Of a stretch of 64,000 nt of DNA, positions 1 to 13,345 are shown piece by piece. A program made the position numbers and the translations under genes. This stretch comes from Tubulanus polymorphus (Eukaryota; Animalia; Nemertea). Under the pieces are notes generated by a model. That model ran no database searches. It saw only the letters and a program-made list of their open reading frames with translations, and was not told where the DNA came from. The stretch's first letter is position 1. Each line of letters starts with the position of its first letter. The DNA is taken from the NCBI RefSeq assembly GCF_964204645.1, contig NC_134032.1, forward strand, positions 13,008,275-13,072,274. Reading direction: 5' to 3'.

Positions 1-499
1 GGAATGTTTATCGCATAAGGTTTTACAAAAATACTGTATACATAGGAAGGGAAGGACTGCCAAGCAATGGTTCGTTCATATTCGATAAAGAAATTAGGAA
101 TTGCAATTCTGGATTATGAACTCTCTACCGGCCGCTTCTATCTGATTTACCGATTATGCTATTCCGGGATAGGTTGGGCGTATTCTAGTCGTTACGAACG
201 CACCAGAAGATATTTCCCGAATCAGTAGAAGCCAATCGAAACCTGCCCAAATATGTAAATTATCAGTTGGGACAAAATCCTACATGGATGTATGGGTTCG
301 TACCAACGTACAAAATATATGAATACTTAAAAATGAATGCCTAATCACTAAAAGTTGATGGTGAAACTGGTTTATCTAACTGTAGGCCTACTATTTGCTC
401 GCACGTCCCAATATCAAAGATAAATTTACATTATGAAGGGTATAGTGTCCTTCGATCACAACAATCGATTAGAGATCTTCCACACATAGAGCGAACTTC

Positions 500-725
500 A
501 GATTTCGTGTTAGTCTCGACTAGTGGTCGGCGCTAATAACCGCGCACTAGAGTTCGGTCTTAACGCATTTCACGGTGTCGACCATCTCAGAACAAGGTCC
601 GAACTACAGCGACCGTTCTCAGTTAGTCGTGCTACAGTTGCGACTAACCGACATACGGTTTCGTTTAGTTCGCAAATAGTCGACTCACACCGATAACCGA
701 AGTTCGCCTAGGCGCGGTTTTCCAT
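500..725. repeat. Interspersed repeat shared with 7195-7525
   Basis: Shared blocks tagtggtcgg..taataacc, agttcggtc.taacgcatttcac.gtgtcg, aactacagcgaccg and accgaagttc. Confidence 0.6.
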
Positions 726-904
726 GAAGATAACACGGATCGGACGGGCCCTCGCGCCGCGGAAAGGGGTCTACGACCGCGTGTGACAAATATTCCAAAT
801 TCATACCGCATAAAATGAACCCTCTTAGAGCTAGGAAACATATGCAAGCGGCGGCGTGTATTCCAACCAAACGCCTGCTCTCAGTTCCCCGTGGAAAAGC
901 GCCT

Positions 905-918
905 GTCACCATGGTAAC
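905..918. promoter_or_regulatory. RFX X-box-like motif GTCACCATGGTAAC
   Basis: Matches the X-box consensus GTNRCC-AT-RGYAAC, ~1 kb upstream of the long exon. Confidence 0.35.
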
Positions 919-1424
919 GTAAGCAATTGCTGCAACTCAATCAATAAGAATTCGATTACATTCGTCGCTTGATTTTTATTCTTCAGTCCGATAAACGAGA
1001 GAAGGGGGCTTTTATGATCATGCTAGGGTAGTTTATTTTCATAAACATTTCATATTTATATACGTTGTGGTTATATGGTGCTGCTGGATAGATACCTTCC
1101 TCGCGAATCGTGTATGAACCGCTGTTTATTCGCAGCCGCGGCAGATTCTATGCTGTGCACGGCGAATGACAACAAGGTTTCGGTCAATTCTCGCAGTGAT
1201 TGGCAACCTCAAACGCTTCTTCTGTGGCAATCGAGGATTCCACCCGTGGCAAGCGGAAGTCCACCAGGTGTGCTAGTAGTCGCTTGGTCTTCCGCGTTAG
1301 ATTTCGTTCTTCATTTCAATTAAAATCGAATCAACCTTCATCTTAGATAAATCAATTATTCATGAAAACTAGGTACCAATCACTGAGTATAAAAATGAAA
1401 ATTGTAATGTATATTACGGGATTA

Positions 1425-1815
1425 GGGAGAAACAAGGGAATACTCGAAGATGCTGATATAACCCTGAGTGGCGCTCAGCGGGTTGGGGGGTAAAAAAGCC
1501 TACTAATAGTGGGTTTAGAGAAAAGGGGAACCTCAAACTATACTAATACTTTCCTGATTGATGCTTTGTGGGTTGAGGGGAAAATTAAACTCCTTATTAA
1601 AATTAATCTCCCTCCCTGAGTGGCGCTCAGCTGGTTGAAAGATAAAGGATTATCGAAACGTTCTAATAATTCCTCGAGCTATGATCAGTGGGTTGCGAAA
1701 AAAGGAACCTTGAACCTACTGTTCATACCTAGAGTGCTGCATATTTACTTGAGGGGGAAATGAACCTCATAACTCCTGATAATTCCTTGAGTGCTGCTTA
1801 GTGGGTTGGCGGTTG
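1425..1815. repeat. Degenerate ~52-bp tandem array (cctgagtggcgctcag.gggttg...)
   Basis: About 7 diverged units. An inverted relative lies at ~44150-44225. Confidence 0.55.
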
Positions 1816-1878
1816 GAAACAGTACACACACAGCACAGAAACGAATGTAAGACTAATTCCTAATCTTTCCATTTGCAG

Positions 1879-4303
1879 TGCTATGACAATCCGGTGTTTA
1901 CATCGGACGAATGGATTCTGAAGTATGGAAACGGAGCTAGTCCAGTAGGGGTCGCCGCAATGCATATTCCGCCAAGTGCTCAAGATCGTCAGGATAGAAC
2001 ACCGTCGAACGACAACCTATCGGAACGGCCTCGTGCGGAGCGACCCGAACACTTGTCGCGTCGTCCCCGCACGCGAGGCGAAGGCGTCGACCACGATCGC
2101 CGAATTCCGAAAGACACGCCGCCGTCTTCTTCAGAAAGTTATCCGGACGGCAGAGACCGACGAGAGGGGGGTCGAGATGGGTCGCAGGCTCCGCGCGACC
2201 GGCACGTTCCGGAGGGTATGGGTCGCGGGCGCGATCGTCCGCACAGAGATGGCCGCGATCGTTACGCGAGAGATCAAAACAGAGATAAAGATCATAGGGG
2301 TCCGGAATTCGGTAGCGGGCGAGGTGATCGGACGGAGAGGGGTGACAGGAGGAATCGCGAACGCGGACCGGCGAATATTTCCGATAGACCGCGTCGTTTC
2401 GAAAGTCGCGAAAGAACGGACGGACCGCGCGAGAAAATAGTTCGATCGCGGGATCGTCTCGAGCGAATCGATAGCCGCGAAGGCACCGGTCGGCGCTTCC
2501 AGAGTCGGGAGCGGCTTTATCGACCGGAGAGACACGATTCGCGCGATAGTATCGACTCCCGCGGCGGAGGTGGAGGCGGGACGTACGACAGTCGAGAGCG
2601 TCTAGAAAGCGGTCGCGATCACCGCGATCAATCGAACAGGGACGAGCGATACGATTCCGGCGATACGATCGATAATAACAGAGACCGCGCCGAGAGGCCT
2701 CGATACCCACCACGTGATCACCACGATTCCCCGCGCCGTCGCGAGGATATTAGACCACGTGATCGCGGTGGCGGCGGCAGGGACCGATATGATAAAGGAC
2801 CTCGTGCGAGACGTACGTCGGAATCTGGCGACCCGTATTCACCCGACTCGAGAGTACCGTACAACGATAATCGACGCTCGGAACGTCGACCTCGCCGTGA
2901 TCGCGACCGGGACCTCGACCGGTCGGGGATCATGTGTGAGCGCGACGGACGAGGAGACGGAGATAGCGCCAGCGATCGCGGTAAAGAACCAACAACGCGC
3001 GATCGCCTGGACGCCGACAACAAGCCTTACAGAGACACCTCGCGGGAGAAGAGCGAATCGCGACGGGAATTGAGACCCGAGCGGGATAACGAGACAGGTA
3101 TTGTTCGCAGTCAGAGTTGGAGAGGTTCGCAAGTCGAAGTGAGGGGCAGCAGCAGAGACAGTAGAGACGCGACGGCGCCGGCACAAATCCCACCCCAGTC
3201 GCCTCGACCGCCTATAACCGACGGAGGCCAACCCGGTGATAAAACTAATCTCAATTCAGGACAAAATATGAACATATCGCGATCGAATAGTAAACAATTT
3301 AGTCAAAATAACCCATCAGGCGGAGGGGCGAGTGTACTAGGAAATATATCTTCCAACGCCCATATACGAAATGGGACTATATTAGATAATGATAGTAGCG
3401 CTAGTGCCATCGGTAATAAAAGCGATCACCGTGCTATAATGAAACCTACATTTTCGAATTTAGATCGCAAAGACTCATCACGCACAAGTCATTTTCCATC
3501 ACACAGGCAGCAGCCGGATACTGCTGATTTCACTCAAATCAAAGACCATCAATCAGGACCGGAGACTAGGGGTAACGATAGCCAAACTAGTACGGCAGCG
3601 GCGGCAGCAGCGGCAGTAGTAGCGGCGGGTAGAATGTCCGCGCGGCGACCGTGTCCACCTGGCGACGATCCCGATAAACCGAACATGCAACTAGTAAATC
3701 GAGCGTTAAAGGTATCGCAGCGAGCCGGTACCGCGACGCTGCGCCGCGATCAACCGGGTTCGGCCGCCGGCGGTGCCAAACCGAACGTAATATTCTATCA
3801 GAATCGATTCGCCGTCGTCGCTGGGAAAGATGGCGCCGCCGAGGACGAATCCGGCGCGAACGACGCGCACTTGCAGCAGACGGCGACAGGTGCGCGCAGG
3901 CCGCAGAGTCTCGGCACGATATCGCAGAACGATCCGAACGTCCCGATCGACCTGTCACCGGCGCCGTTCGGTCCAAGTTCTTCGTCGCAGTTAGCAAACA
4001 ACCCGACGGGACCGAAACCGATGGATATGGAGGAAACGTCCGTCACGATGGACCAACCGGCGTCCGACGAGCAGAAAAAATCCTCGCCGAAAGTGAAAGT
4101 TAAAAATCCGAGGAAATCGTCGATTTTTCAAAAGATTTCTGACGTTTTAGTTGATAATCGTATGAAAAACGCGCACGGTGCCTCGCTATTACCGGGACAA
4201 GAGACCCATAGAATATTGAAACGAACGCTTAATATTATTTTTGTGACGATTGGGATCATTTTGTTCATTGCTGTGATCGTTGTGATAATATACACATCCG
4301 TAG
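1879..4303 (+). CDS. Large coding exon of an uncharacterised single-pass membrane protein (long isoform: Arg/Asp/Glu/Gly-rich disordered region, then a TM helix)
   Basis: 2.4-kb GC-rich open frame. It starts at acceptor tttgcAG|TGC (1878/1879, phase 0; begins CYDNPVF) and ends at GTA G|GTAAGT (4303/4304, phase 1), right after the hydrophobic NIIFVTIGIILFIAVIVVIIY. The upstream start exon was not securely identified. Confidence 0.75.
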
Positions 4304-6470
4304 GTAAGTGAAATAGATCGAGCACACAAGCGAGGTCACAACATTATTTATATCTCAACATTAATTAATAAAATGTATATACCGTGACATTTTTTTCAGG
4401 AATTTATGGGTGTTATTTTGGGGGATCATAATTACTTAGATGCCTGACGCTTGATGCAAGCCGATTTCGTATTCTAAACTCAGCCATTTTTCGTACTAAC
4501 CACGACAAGGGCTAGTTTTGAACGGAAAATAATTAGAACAACATTTAGAATATGAATATGGAAATTTATCGCTTCTTATTTGGGAGCAATACGAGACTAA
4601 TAATTGCTTCAATTTTTGTTTGTAGATTCTACTATACTTCATATTTGCAGATGGTTACTTTTCGAAATTTTCGAACAATTTCGATAATGAGTTTTTTCGC
4701 TGCAATGATAAAATGCGGTCGATCTCGCTTAGGTCGTCATCGGATAAATCATCAAATTAAGTCTCTACTTTTCTAGTCACAATTTGTTTTTCCAATTCAA
4801 TTGACTAAGTGTAATAAGTCATCGTTTGGATAAGTCATCAACGTCATCCACGTCATTCCGATGAAGACCATTTAAGCTAGATCAGCTGTAGTTGATGTTA
4901 GCATCACGATTTTTACTTATATCAGGAAGGTGGGGGTGAAATTGACGAAGACAGCCGACCCGTTCATATTCCATTCACTCCCGCCTACCGATTTACATGA
5001 TGCCCCTCAAACTTCATCCAGGAACGCGTACGCATCGATATTAATGTGCATCAGACTTCGTTTACTCCGGAGTCGATTGCCTCGGATCTCCGATCTGACT
5101 ATACGTCACAATTCTCCCAGCTGAAATCTATCGTGATAAAGACCTCACCTGATACAAGCTCCGACCTCCTCGAAATTCGCGTACCTCGGAGAGAGAGAGT
5201 TGTATGGTCCCGCGAGATCCGAGGCAAACGAAGTATAACATATGTTTATATTTTGTGATTGATGAGTTCGTGAACTGATTTTAATATTCTATGTTCCAGC
5301 TTGTGAAACAATAGAAGCATCGGACAATTTCTAACAATAATGAATACGATTATTCATATTTATCTATTTCATGTTCAGATTTTCGTACGCTATCGTGATA
5401 TATGTACATTAATAGTGACAGTTCGTAAAGTACATACGTGCAATCCAAATAAAAATACTCCGACATCGATTCCATTGTCGGACTGTAAAAGAAAAATTTG
5501 CCATACTCGGATTGTCGAACGCAAATTTCTCCGACATTGGGAGATAAGTTTATGAATCGTTATAGTACTTAAGTATCCTTAGGAGCATAAAAAATGTGTT
5601 CCAAATTTGATTGAAAATCACCACAACTTTACGAAAGACCCACTTTTGGTAACGCCATCTGTTGGCCGAGTTGGTTTCGCAGATTTTCCATTTTCAAAAT
5701 TAGTGAATCGTAGTACCTCAGAACGCAAACTAGACATGTTTTAAGTCAAACAATGATTTATTGGTAAAATGAAGGATAATTGGAGGAAAATCTATCGTAT
5801 AATATTCAAGTAATTCATATTCCAGATAAATTAGTTATCATTATATCTCACAGATAACTGATAATTTACTTCGGATAATGCAATTATAATTTACGCTCGA
5901 AACTCGACAATAAAATCCATCCTTGTTGATAATTTTTAACCACGGATCGCGGCAATAAAGCGAGTAAATACGCGGAAACCTGTTGCACATATTACGTATA
6001 GGGACAGCTGTCGTATTGCTAGTTAACTATGCGGGTATGTTTATAACGGGGAATATACCGCCGTACAGGCCTGCCAGGACTGCCATTACCGATTACATCG
6101 GATACGTCCCAAAGGATATCATTATGCGACGGAAGATCGTATTGTTTTACCTTCGTTGACGCGTCATTAGAAAGTACGGATTATAATACGTCGTAAGGTT
6201 GTATAAACTGAGGGTAAAATCGCGATAGCTGCGAACGATTATAGTTGGCTATAGATACGTATGTTGAATTCAATAACAACCGCCTGGAATCATTGAATAA
6301 AATAATTGAAAGCATTGTGAACTACATTCAAACGATAATAGACTACAGTTTATTATTAAAACCGATCACGGGCAACTAAACTGAAATTCGTGATTTCTTT
6401 GGTGTAATAATAGTTATTTCGTCATCCATCAGAGTATTGGAGCTTCTATGTAGAGCCCTTGCACATACGA

Positions 6471-6625
6471 TGACGTCATAAAAAATCCTATATCGATTCT
6501 ATAGAGATCGTGTGCGTGTGACGTCATAATTTGTACCGGACTGAGTCAGTGATCGAATCTGTACTTGTCAAAACGAAAGATATACTTGTAGATCTGCCGT
6601 GCGCCGAAGTACAAGTATTTATAAA
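6471..6625 (+). promoter_or_regulatory. Putative promoter of the short isoform: two CRE sites, AP-1 site, TATA
   Basis: TGACGTCA at 6471-6478 and 6519-6526, TGAGTCA at 6542-6548, TATAAA at 6620-6625, ATG at 6690. Confidence 0.5.
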
Positions 6626-6689
6626 CGGTTAGATTGGGTTATTGTTAAAATTGTTTAGTTTTATATACGATAAATTCTGAAAAGCAAAC

Positions 6690-7023
6690 ATGCAGCACAA
6701 TCAGCAGCCAGACGTCGAGTATTTTCCGAATAAGAAACCGCTGGACATCGACGACACGTCCGTCACGATGCAACCGTCGATCAACGAATCGAAAACGCAA
6801 ATCCACGTGAAGAAGGCGCGAAGCTGGTTCAAACGGATCAATCACGTGCTGGAGGATAAATCGAAGAAGAGTCTGACGACCGAATCGGACGCCGGTAGTA
6901 CGGTCGTCGATGCGAATAGCGGGCATCACCGTATTCTGAAACGAGCTTTGAATATCATATTCGTAACGATCGGGGTGTTCCTGCTGTTAGCCGTGATTGT
7001 AGTGATCATATATACTATCGTCA
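6690..7023 (+). CDS. Alternative first coding exon (short isoform) of the same membrane protein, or a tandem paralog exon
   Basis: ATG at 6690. The peptide is homologous to the last ~100 aa of the long exon (KPLDIDDTSVTM vs KPMDMEETSVTM; HRILKRALNIIFVTIGVFLLLAVIVVIIYTIV vs HRILKRTLNIIFVTIGIILFIAVIVVIIYTSV). Donor GTC A|GTAAGT is at the identical position and phase (1). Confidence 0.7.
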
Positions 7024-10000
7024 GTAAGTGCATCAGTTATATATACATGAAATTGAAAGAGGTTTTTTAGTATTTAGTAAAAAACCTTATTTGGAATCCT
7101 GTGGAGTTGAATGATTATAATGATGTGTGTAGCGTGTAGCGTACAGTGAACGGGTGGTGGGCTCCGGGTAGCAGCAGTCAGCCAGGGCCAAATTCGGTTT
7201 TCGTATCTAGTCGACCAGTGGTCGGAACTAATAACCGAATGCGCTTAATTTCCGAACTATTTCCGGAATATAGTTCCGACTAATTAACATTCGGTTTCAC
7301 TCAGTTCGACTTATAGTACACTAACTCCGATTACCGAAGTTCTCCGTGGGTGAACTATGGTTTTCCAATAGTGGTCGGATCTGATAACCAAACGCACAAT
7401 AGTTCGGTCGTAACGCATTTCACAGTGTCGGCCATGTTGGAAATTGGCCCAAACTACAGCGACCGCGCTCAATACCGTTGCCGACTAGTTCCGACTTACT
7501 GACATCGGTTTCACTTTAGTTCACCCCGTCTTTCGCGTAGGCTTACTGCGCTCTATAGTCAATCCAGGGTTGTATGCTTGAATGCTGGGCTCAGTATCAT
7601 GCGGGACAAAATAATCCTTGGGAACATTTTGAAATTTGATACGGTGTGTTTCTTGGTGTTCTGCTTTCCATCGACCAATAGCGGAAAGAAACCCCGAAAC
7701 CACTTGTAATGTCCTTATATAGACACTCAGCTCTCCGATATCATTTTTTCTAGCCATTCGCAGTTTTCGAAATACGTTTTTTATAGATTTCGTCGGAAAC
7801 CCAACTAGGACCTCAAGACATTAACTTACATTCCGATGATTCCAGGTCGTTCTCACAATTTCTGATTGAGGCTTACTAGAATTCTTGAACGTTACATTTT
7901 GAAGGTCGATAGCTGCGGCACACATTTTTATTTATTGTCGCGCGGTCGTCACATTTCATATTGCAGCTGCAAATCCTATCATTGCACCAGAACAAAACAG
8001 CTGTGTCGACGTTATATGTCTCAAACAGATGTAATTAAATCTATAATGAAAATATAGGCTACATATGAAACTATTATAGTTTTCGAGGGTAGTAGATCAT
8101 TGTTTTAAAAAAAGAAATTAAAAATTCCTCCCTCCATCAATATATTCGCAATAAGACTTGGGGAATTTTGATATTTTTGATAAATATTTTGCAAAAAGAT
8201 ATCAAACAAATATAAATGAACACTATACGCTTTCCGACCCGAATAGGTAAAATGATCAAATGGACCATGATTGAGGATATAGCTGCCTAATAGAAAAAAA
8301 GACATTTCACCAGTCGGTTTATATATGAACTCATATTACGTGCAATATGTTCGACGGTACTGGCGCTCGGCCATTTACAAATTTTCTATCGTTGCCGCCG
8401 AATAGCGGTATAGAGAGGATATTAGGAAACTAACTAGCCACGATTCAGCGGTTATATCAGAAATCCCCGGGGAAGCCGCGCATTTCACTAATGAAAGTTT
8501 TATCATTAGCGCATACAATATACATATGTAAATGCGTGTCCCATGTGTCCATCGCCGGAATGTATATGACGACTACTACCAGTAGCTGTTCCGCGTGTGA
8601 CGCCATCCGATCTTTCAATATAAGCTATTTAGATCAAAGATGTTTTCGCAGAATTCAATCAGTAAACCGCTTAACGCATATTTTTATGCCTTTTACTTAT
8701 AACATCCTCGCCAGGACCCAGGTACACATAAAGACCAAAAAAAATTATCGGGAGGTTTTCAAACTCCGAGGGTTTAACATGAAAATCACGTATATATTGC
8801 TAACCAAGCCGTAGTAATGCGGAAAGGCTTATGGGTTATGACTTCTTCACCCAGTCCTAGAAGTGGTTGTAATCACTCTCCACTGCTTAGATCCTAGTGT
8901 ACCCAACTGAGATAACTTCATACACTTAAGTCTCGGTGAAATGCCTTCAACACTTCTTTAGGTCTAGTAAACCTCGGCATGCGATTTCTATGCCTATACA
9001 TGATAAGCCGATGAGCCTTGTGTAATGAGTTCATGTTGCAGGGCGTTACCGGTAGATGAAGGGCTCGAGGGAAAGCTGATGATAACGAGCTTCTGTGATG
9101 ATACAGATGTAAAAAAAAATGTCGTCATAGTTCTACCGATATTGTAGCTGTATATGAATATTTAAACGCCTAGCCCGATATTGAAAATTCATCATGTTGT
9201 CGTTAGGCGACACGAAAAAAACGACTAGTTCAATATGGAAAATATCAGTAGAATTCCTGCTGCCAGCCCGAATTATTGGTTATTTATACAGGATTCGACC
9301 ATTTCCTCGTTATTTGATGTACGAACTAACGACAGGAAGTGAGGAGAGGTGGCAGCACATGACGGTGCAATCATTTTTCTATCATTTAATATACATTCAT
9401 ACTTCATTTTATCTATTACAAAATAGGAATCCTTCCCCATTTAAAGGCACGCATCAGAACATATCAGTCACAATCGTTGGTGAAAAGGTCAACCATCGGA
9501 TCGAGTGTAGATACAGTTCAATGTATCACGTTTGAGTTACTGGACCCAGGTGACAGCTGGCTGACATCCGCGATGGTTTTTTTTTTAAATCGTCGCTATG
9601 TCAGCTATCCGCTGTAACTCGAACTGAAATTTCCAGGAGCTCCTAGTGACATCATTTAGACCAATCACGGCCGTAGGATTGGGCCAGCCTTACCATAGAT
9701 GTGGTCCCATTGATTACACCAGGTGACCAGCTGTAAACCAATCGTTGTCCATGGTTGACCGACCAAAGTGACACTAAGGTGTGGCAGATACTGATGTATT
9801 TTCACGATCCACGAGGATGTCTGAAGTTAGCTTCTGAAAGTTTCGAGATTTGTCCAAAAATTCCGATCTCCAGAGAAACAGTAATGAATTGAACTCATTA
9901 CCATAGGCATGGCTTATTTGTTTACAACGAGCCAGTAGTCCAAACACAGACAGGATCAGTCAAAATACTCAGCTCGGCCCGTATACAGTTGTGAGTTGGA

Positions 10001-11626
10001 GTTAACTAAAATCAGTTCATTTTCAATGAAGAGAATGTTTCAACTCAGAACCGTGGAACTGGATCCCTACAGTTAAAGGTTTAGTTACGAAGTTGATATA
10101 TAAATAATTCCTTTTTCTCGTGTCTCTTCTATTTAAGTTTTCAAAACTAGCTATTTCATAACACTAATGATATATTTTACATACGTAATTTCACGACTCG
10201 GGCTACATCTGCCGCAAAAAAACGTTTTACCCAATATAATTGGACAATTATACATTCGACGATAATATCGAGGCAGCTGCTCGGTTAGTTGAAACCGATG
10301 CGCTATTTGGTTATATCAATATCACCATCGCGCGCTACTCATCGATTTCGGGAAGAAGTAGTAACACCCATCGTGTTTGAAAACCTGACGCGAAAATATA
10401 TCGTTTCAAAGCTGATTCGATACTAACAAGTGTATATACGGTTTGTATGTTATAGAGGTTGTGGCGCGCCATACTGGCGACTGACGCTCTTAGAACAAAT
10501 GGTTCTTCTGAAGAACTGTATGCGGTTCTTTAGCTTGCGTCTGTGGAGGAACCCTATAGGAACCTGTTCTTCGAAGAACCTCTCTAAGGTTTCCCGAAAA
10601 ACTATCACTCAAATGTATAGGTTTCTTCAAAGAACAAATCGTTGTATGGAAGAATCTCGGGTTTCGACGAAAAACTTTCAGTTCTATTAAGGGGGATGAC
10701 GTTTAAGTTTTAACTGAGGTTCATATGCATTTGACAACTAAGTCAGAATGAACTTATCTTAACTCACAACCGTGGAACTGGATCTCGGACTATTACTACC
10801 GTAGAGGGTCTACTGCTGTAATATGGCCATGCTCATACAGCTAGCCTGGTACGAACGTATGCATAACAGCAATGAATATTTTACGAATACACAAATTACC
10901 CTAGTCTTGTGGCCATAAGCAAAATTGATGGCCGCCATAAAAAGCGAGCAAATACAGTACAGTCTAGGCACTAAATCGTTCGATCGAAACAATGACATAA
11001 TATTTGTGTAATTGTTGTTTGCAAATGCGATCACGTGACTGCACAGACGAATCGAGTTTTATGGTCGATGTTAACGACTTTTCCGCGGTACATGAAGGTA
11101 GTGTAGTCTCGATCGGTCGTCGTCGTTAGAAATAATATCGCATTGCTTAATAAACTAGGTTGACGAATCCACTAATATATGTATCGATTTCTCAGTCTCA
11201 AACCACGCCTTCAGGCGTTCGCCATTTTTTCAGCCCCATCAGCGATCACTTGTTGAAAGTGTCTGTGACGATAGAATGACTTATATCTACACTGTTAATT
11301 CGTTTAGAAATAACGTTTTTGATTTTAATTTTGTGAATTTTGTGGACCCACGCGATGCCTTGTCGATCGAAAATTGGAGAATGGGGTGACAGAACACGGT
11401 ATCGAACGTCTAAAAGATAGTATTGAAAACCCCGAGAAAAGAAAAATAACTACGGAAAAGGGTTTCTTTTAGTTTGTGATTTATTATAATAACATGAATC
11501 TGATAATTTAGTTAATTATTTCCACAATGAAATAACAACATGCCATGAAGAGATATACAAAATATGCAATTATGAGATATTCTAATATCATTTGGAGGAG
11601 ATTAAATGAAGCCAACAAAGCCTCAT

Positions 11627-11770
11627 AATAGTCATCTTCGAATAATGCTGAAGATGACTATTAGGATTCATGATAGTCATCTTCGAATGCTGAAGATGAC
11701 TATTAGGATTCATGATAGTCATCTTCAAATGCTGATGATGACTATTAGGATATAGTCAAAATATCGAAAA
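11627..11770. repeat. Tandem ~42-bp palindromic units derived from a minimal hammerhead motif (Penelope-like relic)
   Basis: (atagtcatcttcgaatgctgaagatgactattaggattcatg) x3. The last unit reads CTGATGA-t-gactat-taggat-atagtc-AAAA-TATC. Confidence 0.55.
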
Positions 11771-13312
11771 TAAAGAAAAACCTTTTGGGCCTCGATTTTT
11801 CAAAGCGTTGAGTTTTCTTTGTGTCAACTTGGAAAGAGTGTTTCGTTAATGATTGTCTAAGGGGTAGATCCGGGTAGATCCAGGTAGATTGATGAAACAA
11901 TATTGACGCCACAAGGCCCTATATGCAAAAATAGCGTTTTATTATTGTCATTGTATAAACATAGTTATCTTAGAATTGAGTCACGGTTGGACTCGGTGGT
12001 AGATTGCATGCGCCGGTGGTTGAATGAGAGCGTTTCGCATCAGTTTTGAGCTGGCGGCATATATAGACCGGGAACTGTGTCCGTATCTATGGCAACAGCA
12101 GTTCATGGCTCTTACTCACGAAGGAAAGAAGATTAAACAGATTGCACATAGCGTGTTCGGGGACTTCTGGATAGACTTCGGGAGAGTCGCGCAATCTTTA
12201 GCGGAATCGCTCATCATCAATAATTACAAGATTAGATTGGATTACTCAACTCGAAGTTGAAACTCATTTAGAATCGCTTTACAGCCGAATTTTTCCGATA
12301 CCGAAAATTCAATTTGTCTGGGCGTCGCTCATTATTTCTATAACTATTTTTCGGTCAGAGGGGGTCGTGCGGGTACGTTCGCGTTCCTATCAGCGCATTT
12401 GCTAATTACGAAATCTTGCCGGGCGCGATCGTTTGTGTGGCTAAAATACGAATCCAGATATTCTTTAAAAGGATCTATAATATTCAGTGAATTTCTTTGG
12501 GAGGAATGTTTAGGGAGGAATGATAGCTCGAATCCTTGAACAATTAAACCCTCTACGCGTGTTACAAAAACATTTTTGCCGAAAATGGCTCGATATAGCG
12601 TTTGAGTTGAAACGTCAAATCCTCTGATACTTTTCCTTTGTACTGTGGGTTCTATTCTTCAAATTGGGCAGTCAATTATCTATGAAAACAAAATAGCTCG
12701 TCCCTACCCCAAAAAGCTTGATCGACAAAAAGAGTATTGTGAATGCTAGTAAAACAAAGAGATCGCGCGATGGGTCTCGTGCAGCGCTTAAAGTGATGCC
12801 GAAATAAGAGAACATTTCAGAGTGAACTACTTTGCGTTATTACCACGCTAAATAGCATCCCAAACACCTGGCTGCCTCTTTTCGAGAATGACATAAAAAC
12901 TCATTAAAGTTTCATCAGCAGGCTTGTATTGTATTCATAATTAATGTAACTGTAACTGTAGTTTCGTGAAACTGGACTCAACTGACCAATAGGGTTGATC
13001 CACACGCAATATACTTAACCACATGTGTCTATGTATGTATATATTCAACTAAAAACTATTCTATTCGTTTCAGATATTCAAGTCCCATCCTTTAATGTCC
13101 TCACAATCTATGTGTAATACCAATGAAATTATTCTTACTTTTCCTATTTTCGATTCTAAAATAGTTACTTCCTCTGTTTGCCCCTTGGCACTTTTCAAAG
13201 CCTATTACGTGATTTTAGTATTTTTGTCTTTTCGCATTTTTTTCTTGCTTAAACGTAAATTTATAATTATTTCTATACTATTGTTCATTTATTTTATTTT
13301 TTCTGTTTATAG

Positions 13313-13345
13313 TCGACAGTCAGTCATCGAGTAATTCTACTCAAG
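13313..13345 (+). CDS. Candidate 33-nt symmetric (phase 1-1) micro-exon of the membrane protein, xDSQSSSNSTQ
   Basis: Long T-rich tract, then tttatAG| acceptor and CAAG|GTACAG donor. It preserves frame between the TM exons and 18015 and encodes an N-S-T sequon. Confidence 0.4.

Noticed and set aside
911-1176. Start exon for the long membrane-protein isoform (ATG|GTAACG at 911-913, or ...GAC AAC AAG|GTTTCG at 1176)
   Set aside because: Both are phase-compatible, but neither can be preferred without transcripts. The first coincides with the X-box motif.
1937-4046. Numerous antisense and alternate-frame ORFs (up to 258 aa) over the long exon
   Set aside because: Shadow ORFs expected from GC-rich, Arg/Asp-biased coding sequence. 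They show no motifs.
11627-11770. CRISPR-like palindromic repeats
   Set aside because: Eukaryotic context, identical rather than unique spacers, and no cas genes.
12024-12260. 78-aa ORF
   Set aside because: No recognisable domain and no supporting splice context.
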